DNA of 64,000 bases from Candidatus Poribacteria bacterium (GTDB taxonomy: Bacteria; Poribacteria; WGA-4E; PCPOR2b): positions 2,015,278 to 2,079,277 of the forward strand of contig OZ240245.1 in assembly GCA_965198175.1 (NCBI GenBank). Reading direction: 5' to 3'. Shown here one piece after another: positions 48,719 through 58,794 of this stretch; the first letter of the stretch is position 1, and every line of letters starts with the position of its first letter. Position numbers and translations under genes: made by a program. Below the pieces are notes generated by a model. The model was given only the letters and a program-made list of their open reading frames with translations. It did not search any database and was not told where the DNA came from.

Positions 48719-49483
48719 ATGCCCGATGCTGCCTCAATCATTCCAACACAGCAGGAAATTCATGAGACGGATGTCGACGCTAACCCTGGTCTGGAGCGGG
48801 ATGTCGCCTTTTTCCTGAGATGGGGTTACCTCGTCGTGGAAAACGCACTCTCCGCGGAACAGGTCGAGACGTTGCGCGCAGCCCTGGATGAGAGCTATCA
48901 ACGGCGTCAATCTCAGTTCATTGGCGAGCTTCTGGAAGAGGACGACCGTTTCAGTTTTCTGCTTGACAACCCACCCGTCTTCAACCGTATACGCGCGCTA
49001 TTGGGAAGTTGCGTTCAACTTCACAGTGCAACCGGCAGAGTGACCGAGTCCGGTACGCCCGATCAGGACTGGCATCGTGACAATCCTTGGCCGATGGAGC
49101 CTTCTGGTACACCGTCCGGCAGTCTGCCGCCGGGTCACATCAACTGTGGCTATTACCTAGACGAAATTACGATGGATAACGGTCCAATCGTTATCGTGCC
49201 TGGGAGCAGCAGGGCGCCTTTTCGACCGCCCATTGGCAGTGTGCAGATGCCTGACCAAAAATATGTACTTGCCAAGCCCGGTCAAGCGGTGATCTTTGAC
49301 GGATGGACTTGGCATCGGGGCACCGAGAACAGATCTTCAGAAAGGCGCCGCGTCTGTCTAATGTGCTATCAAAACGCTTGGATGAAGTCCCGTGAACCCT
49401 TTGACGGCCCTCGTGTGACGCGATTACGTGAGGAAGGATCGACAGAACGTAAGCTGCTGCTGGGCGGTATTCGAGCATGGTAA
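48719..49483 (+). CDS. phytanoyl-CoA dioxygenase (PhyH) family Fe(II)/2-oxoglutarate dioxygenase
   Basis: WHRD...WHRG facial triad, NGPIVIVPGS, conserved Arg in RRVCL. Confidence 0.85.
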   Translation: MPDAASIIPTQQEIHETDVDANPGLERDVAFFLRWGYLVVENALSAEQVETLRAALDESYQRRQSQFIGELLEEDDRFSFLLDNPPVFNRIRALLGSCVQLHSATGRVTESGTPDQDWHRDNPWPMEPSGTPSGSLPPGHINCGYYLDEITMDNGPIVIVPGSSRAPFRPPIGSVQMPDQKYVLAKPGQAVIFDGWTWHRGTENRSSERRRVCLMCYQNAWMKSREPFDGPRVTRLREEGSTERKLLLGGIRAW

Positions 49484-49568
49484 ATTCAGGTTCAGAAACA
49501 TCGTCTTCCCAATCGCTGAGGGACTCATACCAGAGCAGACCGAGAATAACAGGAGACGCACTTGAGTC

Positions 49569-49994
49569 ATGGGTTGGATCCACTATGCGCTCATCACCGC
49601 TTTGGCGTTGGCGAGTGCTGATTTTTTCGTGAAACTTGCAGCAGGTAGGCTTTCTAGTAGCTTGGGGGTGCTGTTATACGGGAGTTGTACATTCCTCACA
49701 GGGGTGGTCTGGGTTGCGTGGCAGTGGGCTCACGGTGTGCCGCAACATGCTCAGACATCGGGCGTTTTGGCGGCTTTGGGCGTGGGAGTGGCATTTAGCG
49801 GGGTTACGTTGGGGTTGTACGCCACGTTCGGCTCGGGGGCGCCAATTTCTGTGGGGGCACCGGTTATCCGGCTTGGAGGGTTGGTGTTGGCGAGTTTAGC
49901 TGGTTTAATTCTGCTTCAAGAACCGCTCACGTTACGATATGTCATTGGTATGATTCTCGTCTGTAGCGGCGTTTATTTGATTGTCACAAGGTAG
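49569..49994 (+). CDS. EamA/DMT-like small membrane transporter
   Basis: Five hydrophobic helices, ILLQEPLT...GMIL motif. Confidence 0.7.
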   Translation: MGWIHYALITALALASADFFVKLAAGRLSSSLGVLLYGSCTFLTGVVWVAWQWAHGVPQHAQTSGVLAALGVGVAFSGVTLGLYATFGSGAPISVGAPVIRLGGLVLASLAGLILLQEPLTLRYVIGMILVCSGVYLIVTR

Positions 49995-50077
49995 GCATCA
50001 ATCAAGCGGATTGTTCAGAACCTGTTTTTCAATCCGCGATGCGCAAGAATTATCGTTGAAAATCACTAGAAGTTCAT

Positions 50078-50572
50078 ATGTCCAATAAAATCTACTCTAA
50101 AATACCGAATTCAACCCTAGATTCCAACTCCGAACCCCTTCAACCTTTTCACAATCTCGACTCATCGGGCATGACGCGCGTTCAGTTGCTCATCTTAATT
50201 GGATTAGCAGTGCTCATCGCTGTGTTGGCCCTGCCGCCCTGGCTGCAATATCGCAAGGTCAGTCAAGCGGACGGCGATGTGGAAGAGATTGCGTTAGCCA
50301 TCCAAAAGTATCACCGATATACTGGCGAATACCCCAAGGCATTGAAAGACCTCATCACCGATCCGGGGGTTGAGGGATGGCGAGCGAGCTCGATCGAATC
50401 CCTCTCGGAGACGCCTTGGGGCGGCGGCTATCAACTCCTCTCAGATTCGTACAAAGTCTGTATTCGGGCAGACCATCCCCGCGCTCCTGAAAAGTACCGC
50501 GTCGGCGGCATTACTGAGATTAGCCGTGTTTACCTCGTGAATCGAGAAAAGGCGGAACGATATTGGTGGTAG
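50078..50572 (+). CDS. pseudopilin / type II secretion GspG-like protein
   Basis: Prepilin-like G|MTRVQLL hydrophobic helix, YPKALKDLITDPG..GW and TPWGGGY. Confidence 0.65.
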   Translation: MSNKIYSKIPNSTLDSNSEPLQPFHNLDSSGMTRVQLLILIGLAVLIAVLALPPWLQYRKVSQADGDVEEIALAIQKYHRYTGEYPKALKDLITDPGVEGWRASSIESLSETPWGGGYQLLSDSYKVCIRADHPRAPEKYRVGGITEISRVYLVNREKAERYWW

Positions 50573-50629
50573 GGCGTGTGGAATGCGGGCATCGAGAGTG
50601 TTAGGGAAATAGCATGCAAAGGAGTTAAT

Positions 50630-51829
50630 ATGGCTAAGCGCATTGGGGTTTTGACAGGCGGTGGAGATACGAGTGCGCTCAACGCAACTCTCGAAGGCGT
50701 GGCGCTCAAGGCAGAAGAACTCGGTTTTGAATTGATTGGATTTATGAAGGGATGGCAAGGCGTTCTCAACGGCGGGTCCTACTTCACCCTCACACCAGAT
50801 TTGATTGACGAAAATCAAGGCGGTTCCCTGCTAAAAAGCTCGCGGACGAATCTCATCGCCGAAAACAGGATGGATGAAGCTATTAATAATCTCCGCAAAT
50901 TTCACATTGATGGACTTATCCCAATCGGAGGCGATGACACGTTGAGCATTGGCGCCGCGCTCTCGGAAATCTTCACGACAACATTTGTGGCGAAGACTAT
51001 TGATAACGATGTCGGTTTAAATGCTCCGAACGGCGATTCTGTTGATTATTCGAAGATAGTCAACTACTTCTGCCTAGGTTTCCCGACAGCCGCGAACCGT
51101 CTAATTGATTGCGTACGCGATTTACGAACGACCGCATATTCGCACGATAGGATTTTCTTTGTTGAAACGATGGGGCGACACGCTGGTTGGCTCACACTGT
51201 CATCTGCTTTTGGACACGCAGATCTGATTGTTGTGCCCGAAGTTCGTTACGATTCAGATCGGCTTGCAGCCGCGATTGAAAAGAAGTATGCCGAGAAAGG
51301 CAACGTCATCGTAGTTGTTGCGGAAGGGATACGGAATCAGAAGGGTGAATTAATGATTAGTTCGCAGGAAGAAATTGATGCTTTTGGAAACACCACGCCC
51401 GGAGGCTGTTCAGAACTCATTGCAGCCGCAATGAAAAGGCGTCTTTCACCGGCAATTCCAGTGTCTAGTTTCCGTCATCTCATCCTCGCGCATCTCCAAC
51501 GGTGTGGAGGCCCCATACCGATAGATCGGGATTCCGCGGTCAAAGCGGGAAGGTTAGCTGTAGACGCCATCGCCAACGGGCAGGCAAACCATGTCGCAGC
51601 GATTACGCGTACCGAAGCGGGGCTTCAGCCAAAGTTGTTTCCTTTAGATGAGATTATCAAGCTTGATGATGCCGGAAAGGTTATCCCTCGTAATATAGAT
51701 CTCCGCTTTTATGATGCGGTAAACCTCCAGATTTCACGTGCTGGCAGCGGATATTTCCGCCCCATTTTCGGCGATCTGCCTAGACCATATTATGTTCCTT
51801 TGACTGCGTTGGATATCCAACAGATCTAG
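50630..51829 (+). CDS. 6-phosphofructokinase family, PPi-dependent signature
   Basis: TGGGD, GGDDT (Asp), AKTIDND (Lys), ETMGR. Confidence 0.85.
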   Translation: MAKRIGVLTGGGDTSALNATLEGVALKAEELGFELIGFMKGWQGVLNGGSYFTLTPDLIDENQGGSLLKSSRTNLIAENRMDEAINNLRKFHIDGLIPIGGDDTLSIGAALSEIFTTTFVAKTIDNDVGLNAPNGDSVDYSKIVNYFCLGFPTAANRLIDCVRDLRTTAYSHDRIFFVETMGRHAGWLTLSSAFGHADLIVVPEVRYDSDRLAAAIEKKYAEKGNVIVVVAEGIRNQKGELMISSQEEIDAFGNTTPGGCSELIAAAMKRRLSPAIPVSSFRHLILAHLQRCGGPIPIDRDSAVKAGRLAVDAIANGQANHVAAITRTEAGLQPKLFPLDEIIKLDDAGKVIPRNIDLRFYDAVNLQISRAGSGYFRPIFGDLPRPYYVPLTALDIQQI

Positions 51830-51924
51830 GTCAAGGTACCCATATGTCCGCCGAAAAAAAACCTAAGCTGTTCTTGTTGAGTTAAGTCTCAGTTGTTCTA
51901 GGAATAATTTCCTGTGAGTATATC

Positions 51925-52767
51925 ATGAAATTTGGCGAATTTGAGTTGTTTGTCATTAACGCCGGCACATTTCGTTTGGATGGCGGAGCCATGTTCGGCA
52001 CCATACCCAAGGTCATTTGGGAGAAATCGAATCCCGCTGATGAGCGCAATCGAATTCTGCTGGGTCTTAATTGCCTCCTAATCCGGAGTCCCACAGAGAT
52101 TATCTTGGTCGACACAGGCTTGGGAACGATTTACGACGAAAGATTCGCCTTTCTGTATGACGTGGACAGATCCCAGACCAATCTGGTAATGAGTCTTGAC
52201 ATTGCGGGTGTAGGGGCATCGGATGTCACCAAGGTGATTCTAACACACCTGCATTTCGACCACTGCGGCGGGAACTGTTTCAAGGATGACAACGGCGAAT
52301 TAAAGCCCGCATTTGCGAACGCTGTTTATTACATCAATCGAGACGAGCTAGCCTACGCCAAGCAGCCGGACCATCGCAGTAAGCCTAGTTATCTGTCACA
52401 CAATTGGGAACCGCTCGAAGAGCGAGAGCAAGTGATTCTTACTTCCCATGACGAGGAGATTTCACCCGGAGTATCGGTTATGTCCGCACCGGGCCACACG
52501 GCGAATCATCAGATCGTTATGGTGCGCTCGGGAGGACTAACTGCCTGTTTTCTGGCAGATCTCGTACCGACGCCGTCGCACCTCAAAACACACTATGTCA
52601 TGGGATACGATCTCTTTCCGAAGACTACAATGGAAACCAAGGAACGGGTGCTGAAGCAGGCATGGGAGGAAAACTGGCTGCTTATTTTCGAACATTCAGC
52701 GGAGATTACCGCCGGTTACTTGACGCCAGAGTTGCAGCTTAAACCGGTCGAAATGGCTTCGTTGTAA
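51925..52767 (+). CDS. MBL-fold metallo-hydrolase (YtnP-like)
   Basis: LDGGAMFG, THLHFDHCGG, PGHT and MGYD motifs. Confidence 0.88.
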   Translation: MKFGEFELFVINAGTFRLDGGAMFGTIPKVIWEKSNPADERNRILLGLNCLLIRSPTEIILVDTGLGTIYDERFAFLYDVDRSQTNLVMSLDIAGVGASDVTKVILTHLHFDHCGGNCFKDDNGELKPAFANAVYYINRDELAYAKQPDHRSKPSYLSHNWEPLEEREQVILTSHDEEISPGVSVMSAPGHTANHQIVMVRSGGLTACFLADLVPTPSHLKTHYVMGYDLFPKTTMETKERVLKQAWEENWLLIFEHSAEITAGYLTPELQLKPVEMASL

Positions 52768-52909
52768 ATATGGTGATAGAAATTTTAGCCGAACGGGTTT
52801 GTCGGTTGGCTTTCGTTTTTTCGCGGCAGATTAGGTTGTGACGCACAAGCTGTCGTAATGATGACTAAAGTATATCAACCCCAACGCAAATATTATTGTT
52901 GAGTCAGAG

Positions 52910-54400
52910 ATGAATATCACAATGGTATCAGATAGACCGATTAGGGTTCGCTTCGCACCTTCTCCAACGGGATTCCTCCACATCGGGGGTGCACGCACAG
53001 CTCTATTTAACTGGCTTTTTGCAAGACATTTCGGTGGGAAGTTTATTCTCCGACTTGACGATACTGATGAAGCGAGATCAACGGAGGAGTCCACCCGGTC
53101 AATCTTTGAGTTGCTAGAATGGCTTGGACTCGATTGGGATGAAGGGCCCATTGCGGGCGGACCTTATGCCCCGTATACCCAGTCTGAACGACATAATCTC
53201 TATCAAGAATACATACACAGATTGCTTGACAGCGGCGCTGCATATTATTGCTATTGCACTGCCGACGAATTGAAGCAGATGCGGGAAAGTGCTCGCGCTG
53301 AAGGACGACAGCCCCACTATCCGGGAAAATGTCGTCATTTAACAGAGGAGCAGCGGTGCGGGCTGGAAGCGCAAGGACGAAAACCGACAGTCCGGCTAAA
53401 AATCACAAGTGGCACAATAATTGTGCACGATTTGGTTCAGGGTGAGGTGAAGTTTGAAGCCGATACGCTCGATGACTTTATTGTTGTCAAATCTGACGGT
53501 TTTCCTTTGTACAATTTTACATCTGCAATTGATGACCATGAGATGCAGATTTCTCACGTTATTCGCGGCAAGGATCACTTACCCAATACCCCGAAACAAA
53601 TATTGATCTATCGCGCTCTCGGTTTTGAATTACCGCATTTCGCTCACCTGCCGCTTGTGCTTGGCAGCAACAAAGGTGAAAAACTCAGTAAACGGCGCCA
53701 CGGCGACTTGGTCGCTGTGGGTACGTACCGTGAAGCTGGATATTTGCCAGAGGCAATGGTAAACTTCCTCGTGCGGCTTGGCTGGTCCTACGACGACAAA
53801 TCGGAGATATTCTATCGGGATGAACTCATTGAGAAATTCAACATTGAGCGCATCGGAAGAAGTGAGGGTGTCTTTGACATCAAAAAACTCCAGTGGCTGA
53901 ATCAAACCTACATTATGAAACTTGACCTATCTACGCGGACCGAGGCGGTTCTCCCCTTTCTACAGAAGGAAGGGTTACTGGACACCCAAGTAGTAAAAGA
54001 GCATAGGGCTTGGCTGGAGAAGATTGTTGAGGCAATTGAGGATCGGATGAAAACTTTGGCTGACATTACCGATTACAGTTACTTCTTCACAGACGCTTTT
54101 AACTATGACCCGCGGGCAGTCAAGAAGTGGTGGAAAGGCGACCTCGCCGGAATTGTGCAGGGTTTGCGCGAGGTTTTAAGGGCGTTCGAAGTGTTTGAAG
54201 TGGATAAAATCGAATCCGCTATCTGGGATTTTCTGGACGAAAAAGGAATCAAGCGCATTCGTGGAATGCAGCCATTAAGAATTGCACTCACGGGAGCCTC
54301 CGGCGGACCGGGCTTGTTTGATATTATCGTCCTGCTCGGCAGGGAGAAAGTAATCGAAAGATTGGATCGAGCAGTCGACTATATACACACTGCGAACTGA
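52910..54400 (+). CDS. gltX: glutamate--tRNA ligase
   Basis: RFAPSPTGFLHIGG, SHVIRGKDH, KLSKR and anticodon-binding domain. Confidence 0.95.
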   Translation: MNITMVSDRPIRVRFAPSPTGFLHIGGARTALFNWLFARHFGGKFILRLDDTDEARSTEESTRSIFELLEWLGLDWDEGPIAGGPYAPYTQSERHNLYQEYIHRLLDSGAAYYCYCTADELKQMRESARAEGRQPHYPGKCRHLTEEQRCGLEAQGRKPTVRLKITSGTIIVHDLVQGEVKFEADTLDDFIVVKSDGFPLYNFTSAIDDHEMQISHVIRGKDHLPNTPKQILIYRALGFELPHFAHLPLVLGSNKGEKLSKRRHGDLVAVGTYREAGYLPEAMVNFLVRLGWSYDDKSEIFYRDELIEKFNIERIGRSEGVFDIKKLQWLNQTYIMKLDLSTRTEAVLPFLQKEGLLDTQVVKEHRAWLEKIVEAIEDRMKTLADITDYSYFFTDAFNYDPRAVKKWWKGDLAGIVQGLREVLRAFEVFEVDKIESAIWDFLDEKGIKRIRGMQPLRIALTGASGGPGLFDIIVLLGREKVIERLDRAVDYIHTAN

Positions 54401-54406
54401 CATACA

Positions 54407-55525
54407 ATGACACGAAAATCATACTGCTTTTTAATCTTTGTATTCCTCGTCTTGAGTTTAATCGCTCATGGTGACTCTGATGATACTCATGATGCTCACG
54501 GAATAGAAGGGTGGATTGAATCTAAATTTGGAAATCTCCACACGGTTTGGCTGTTTGTTATCATTGCGGTCACTCTTTATCTCCTTGGGAAGGGCGCAGA
54601 TGTGCTGGTTGAAGAAGCTGTTACCCTTTCGACGCGATGGGGCATCCCGAAAACGCTAATCGGAGCCACGATTGTGAGCCTTGGGACAACGACGCCTGAA
54701 GCCGCTGTTTCCGTTCTCGCCGCCATTCAGGGAGATCCAGATATCGCCCTCGGGAACGCAGTTGGCTCAATTATTTGCGATACCGGACTCATCCTCGGTA
54801 CTGCCGCACTGATCGCCCCTCTACCACTCAATCGGAAAATTGTCAATCGTCAGGGCTGGCTGCAACTGGGAGCAGGGTTTCTGCTGGTGATTGCTTGTCT
54901 CTCCTTTGGTTCATTGGATAGTACTTTCTCAGCGGGTGGGCGGCTTCCTCAGTTGATGGGTTTTATCTTTCTTGCCTTGCTTGTTGTTTATCTGTGGCAG
55001 TCTATTCGTTGGTCACGCGATGCGGGCGGCACGATAGAAGCAGATCATCACGAGGACAAATCGGCTAATACGTTTCTTGTCGTCATTAGATTGGTGTTCG
55101 GCATTGTATTGGTCGTTGGCGCTTCGTCAGTTCTGATTCCGGCGGTTAAGATTGTTGCCGAAAGAGTAAACGTCCCCGAAAGTATCATTGCTGCGACATT
55201 GGTGGCGTTCGGCACCTCGCTTCCGGAATTCGTTACAGCGGTCACAGCTGCAAGAAGGGGACACGGCGAACTCGCCGTTGGAAACGTTATCGGCGCAGAC
55301 ATCCTCAACGTTCTTTTTGTCGCCGGCGCGTCCGCGGCAGTGACGAGCGGCGGGTTGGAAGCGCCACCACATTTTTTCAACCTGCTTTTCCCACTCATGT
55401 TATTTATCTTGGTCGTTTTTCGGGTTGGGATATTTGTCTCGGGTGACAGGTTGAAACGTCCTTTCGGCGTCGTCCTAATCGGTGCCTATGTTCTTGTGAC
55501 CACCCTGAGTTATTTTAAGTTATAA
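54407..55525 (+). CDS. calcium/sodium antiporter (YrbG-like)
   Basis: Alpha repeats GTTTPE...GNAVGS and GTSLPE...GNVIGA. Confidence 0.9.
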   Translation: MTRKSYCFLIFVFLVLSLIAHGDSDDTHDAHGIEGWIESKFGNLHTVWLFVIIAVTLYLLGKGADVLVEEAVTLSTRWGIPKTLIGATIVSLGTTTPEAAVSVLAAIQGDPDIALGNAVGSIICDTGLILGTAALIAPLPLNRKIVNRQGWLQLGAGFLLVIACLSFGSLDSTFSAGGRLPQLMGFIFLALLVVYLWQSIRWSRDAGGTIEADHHEDKSANTFLVVIRLVFGIVLVVGASSVLIPAVKIVAERVNVPESIIAATLVAFGTSLPEFVTAVTAARRGHGELAVGNVIGADILNVLFVAGASAAVTSGGLEAPPHFFNLLFPLMLFILVVFRVGIFVSGDRLKRPFGVVLIGAYVLVTTLSYFKL

Positions 55526-55613
55526 CGAGTGGCCGTGCTAATCGAGAGTTGGTGATAACTCTCCTAGATTCAAGGAATTGGGAATATGTCAACAGGAGAT
55601 AACGGAGAAAATA

Positions 55614-56699
55614 ATGAACTCAAACATTAGTGTATTACCCGGAGACGGAATTGGTCAAGAGGTAACCACTGAAGCAGTCCGCGTGTTAGATGCAATTCAA
55701 GAGAAATATGGACATCGCTTTGAACACGAATACGCCCTAATCGGCGGTTGTGCTATTGATCGGATGGGGACGGCTTTGCCCCCCAAGACGTTAGATCTTT
55801 GCCGGGCATCCGATGCAATCTTATTCGGCGCGGCTGGGGGACCTAGTTGGGATGATGTGCCCAGTGAAGGACGCCCTGAACGAGCGGTAGCGACCATCCG
55901 AAAGGAACTAGATCTCTTCGTGAACCTCCGCCCGATTCGGGGAAGGAAGGCACTCGTTTCTGTATTGCCTGTTAAGGCGGAGCTTATTGGTGAAGGTTTG
56001 GATTTTGTCGTCATCCGTGAGTTGGCTGGCGGCATCTACTACGGTGAACCGCGAGGATTCGTAAAGGAAAGCGATGGGGAACGTGGGTTCAATACCATGT
56101 CTTACACCACCAGAGAAGTCGATCGTGTGGTGCGCGAAAGCTTTGAACTGGCGCGAAAGCGATCAAAAAAACTGACCTCGGTGACAAAAGAGAACATGCT
56201 TGAAAGTTCAAGGCTCTGGCGTGAGGTTGCGGCAAAAGTTAGTCAGGATTATCCTGATGTGGAGACGGAGCATATTTTGATTGATGCGTGCGCGTACTAC
56301 ATCATTCAGAATCCGAGCCAATTTGATGTCATCGTGACTGGGAACATCTTCGGAGATATCCTCTCTGATGAAGCCGGTGCGTTGGTAGGTTCACTGGGGA
56401 TGTGTCCCTCAGCAAGCTATGGGCACACAAAGCAAGGATTATATGAACCAATCCACGGCACTGCCCCGGACATCGCAGGGAACGGCATCGCCAATCCAAT
56501 CGCCGCTATCCTAAGTGCAGGACTGCTTCTTCGCCACACCTTCGATCTCAATTCAGAGGCTGAGGACATTGAAGCCGCTGTTGATAGCGTTATCGATAAG
56601 GGTTATCGTACCATAGATATTCAGCAAGGTGGACTGACAACCGTGGGTACCGTCGAAATGGCAGATGCGATTATTGCCGAAATCCGATCCGACTCGTGA
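55614..56699 (+). CDS. second 3-isopropylmalate dehydrogenase-like enzyme
   Basis: [33 protein letters not shown] and [12 protein letters not shown]; divergent SVTKENML. Confidence 0.8.
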   Translation: MNSNISVLPGDGIGQEVTTEAVRVLDAIQEKYGHRFEHEYALIGGCAIDRMGTALPPKTLDLCRASDAILFGAAGGPSWDDVPSEGRPERAVATIRKELDLFVNLRPIRGRKALVSVLPVKAELIGEGLDFVVIRELAGGIYYGEPRGFVKESDGERGFNTMSYTTREVDRVVRESFELARKRSKKLTSVTKENMLESSRLWREVAAKVSQDYPDVETEHILIDACAYYIIQNPSQFDVIVTGNIFGDILSDEAGALVGSLGMCPSASYGHTKQGLYEPIHGTAPDIAGNGIANPIAAILSAGLLLRHTFDLNSEAEDIEAAVDSVIDKGYRTIDIQQGGLTTVGTVEMADAIIAEIRSDS

Positions 56700-57496
56700 A
56701 GCGTAGTAAGCTCATGGTAAAAGTTGATTATGATCGGAATCTTTACAAGAATTATCAGCGGGGACGCGCACTTTCCGAGGAAACGATTCGCCTCTGGATG
56801 GGGGCAATTGCGAAGTATCTTCCCAAGCCGAGTGGGTTTACCGTTCTCGATCTTGGATCGGGGACCGGTCGATTTGCACCTCATTTGGCGGAGTATTTTC
56901 ATGCGTGCGTTCTCGGTGTCGAACCATCGGATAGAATGCGGGAAATTGCTGCGGACAGTAATACGGATTCAAGAGTTTCGTATATCAAGGGCAAGGCTGA
57001 ACGCATCCCCGTAGACGATCAGCAGTGCGATTTTGCTTTCCTATCAATGACTATCCACCACTTTGACGACCTATCGCTCGGCAGCCGGGAGTTGTATCGC
57101 GTGCTAAAACCGGACGGTCTCGTGTTTATCCGAAATGGGTTCAAGGACCGGATTGATAGGGTGAGATATCACGAATTCTTTCCAAGCGCATGGGCAATTG
57201 ATAACCAGAATTTGCCGAGCACAGACGTGGTTGAAGCGTCATTCTCTGCCAACTGTTTTGAGAAGGTGGCTTTGGAACGCATCGTGCAGCAAATCAACGA
57301 CAGTTTTCAGGCGTACTATCAACGTATCAAGTCGAGATCATTGTCAACATTTGAGTTCATTTCAGATGAGGAATTTCAAGCGGGGTTGCTTGCGATGAAA
57401 AAAGCTGCGGATAATGAAAAAAAACCATCGGCAGTGACTGAAGCGTTTGATTTGTTAGTTTTCAAGAAGCGTGAGTTGCAAGGAAATCTCTTTTGA
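56696..57496 (+). CDS. class I SAM-dependent methyltransferase
   Basis: LDLGSGTGRF motif I; VLKPDG. Confidence 0.88.
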   Translation: MKRSKLMVKVDYDRNLYKNYQRGRALSEETIRLWMGAIAKYLPKPSGFTVLDLGSGTGRFAPHLAEYFHACVLGVEPSDRMREIAADSNTDSRVSYIKGKAERIPVDDQQCDFAFLSMTIHHFDDLSLGSRELYRVLKPDGLVFIRNGFKDRIDRVRYHEFFPSAWAIDNQNLPSTDVVEASFSANCFEKVALERIVQQINDSFQAYYQRIKSRSLSTFEFISDEEFQAGLLAMKKAADNEKKPSAVTEAFDLLVFKKRELQGNLF

Positions 57497-57497
57497 T

Positions 57498-58130
57498 ATG
57501 TCTGAACTTCGCAGGGAATACACCGACGCCGGCTTGGACGAGCGAGACTTGGATGCGAATCCCTTTAAGCAGTTTGAGAAGTGGTTTCAAGAGGCGATTG
57601 ACGCGAAACTCGATTTGCCCGATGCGATGACACTGGCGACAGCAACGGGGGACGGTATACCTTCGGCAAGGATTGTGCTGCTCAGGGGGCACGATGAGCG
57701 GGGATTCGTTTTTTATACGGGCTACGGAAGCCAAAAAGGGAAGGAACTTGCAGAAAATCCGAATGCAGCACTGGTTTTTTACTGGCGAGAGCTGGATCGA
57801 CAGGTGCGTATCACTGGGCAGATGAGTAAGGTTTCTCGTGAAAACTCCAACAACTATTTTCAGAGCCGGCCTGTCGGTAGCCGTTTGGCTGCGTTGGCGT
57901 CAAGACAGAGCGAAGTTATCCCTGACCGAAAGGACCTAGAAGAACGATTCAAACAGTTAAAAAAGCAATATCAGGACGGAGAAGTCCCGCTGCCGTCAAA
58001 TTGGGGTGGTTACCGTTTATCCCCCAACATGATTGAGTTCTGGAGTGGTCGCCCAAACCGGCTGCATGACCGTCTTCGCTACACCCGCCAGCCCAATGAT
58101 GATTGGCGAGTTGAACGACTTTCTCCGTGA
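57498..58130 (+). CDS. pdxH: pyridoxamine 5'-phosphate oxidase
   Basis: PSARIVLL, RQVRITG, YFQSRP, EFWSGRPNRLHDR. Confidence 0.95.
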   Translation: MSELRREYTDAGLDERDLDANPFKQFEKWFQEAIDAKLDLPDAMTLATATGDGIPSARIVLLRGHDERGFVFYTGYGSQKGKELAENPNAALVFYWRELDRQVRITGQMSKVSRENSNNYFQSRPVGSRLAALASRQSEVIPDRKDLEERFKQLKKQYQDGEVPLPSNWGGYRLSPNMIEFWSGRPNRLHDRLRYTRQPNDDWRVERLSP

Positions 58131-58307
58131 AAAGAGACGTTTGAAAAGATGTTTTCAGTGTCCAAACAGGGAAGACATCACAGAAGGAATACTGAATACC
58201 GACCACAACCCCAAACTTCGTTATAGTGATTTAGCTATTGTCTGTTTCCTTTGCGCCTATAATAAATCCTGCCAATCAGAGTTTTGTTAGACTTCGCATG
58301 TCCCATG

Positions 58308-58688
58308 CTAGAGTAGTTGTCTCCCAGCCGCACCTGCCTCGAGATCGTGCCAGTAGTGAATTTCCTTCTCCCCCGACTTCCAGCAGAGATAGACTTCTCT
58401 GCCCTCCCGCAAGTGCGGAAAGTCAATTAACCCTTCATCTACACCTTTCAACAGGCAGCCGTGCGAACGGATGCGCTCGACAATTTCGTGGAATCGAGCA
58501 ACGGCTTGGATAAACTGAGGTGTTTTGGGATGTCCACCATTGTGGTGAACAATCTCAAAAAGAGGAGTCAATTTTGCTCCGAGCGCCTCAAGTTTCCGGC
58601 GAAGCACTTTTAACGCTCCGATGTATTGTTCTAACTTGGGAATAAGTTGGTTTGCTTCTTCTACGGTAAAGTATCTCTTTCGTTGCAT
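58308..58688 (-). CDS. DUF2203 domain protein
   Basis: YFTVEEAN, LIDFP and YLCWKSGE...WH...GAAGRQ motifs. Confidence 0.85.
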   Translation of the reverse strand: MQRKRYFTVEEANQLIPKLEQYIGALKVLRRKLEALGAKLTPLFEIVHHNGGHPKTPQFIQAVARFHEIVERIRSHGCLLKGVDEGLIDFPHLREGREVYLCWKSGEKEIHYWHDLEAGAAGRQLL

Positions 58689-58794
58689 CGTTAATCACTC
58701 TTCCTAAAAATTGAACCACTATGGCTATAGAGGCGTCATTATATACTGAGAAATTTGATGTTAATCCCCTAGAGTGTACCCCAAATTCGGTGAA

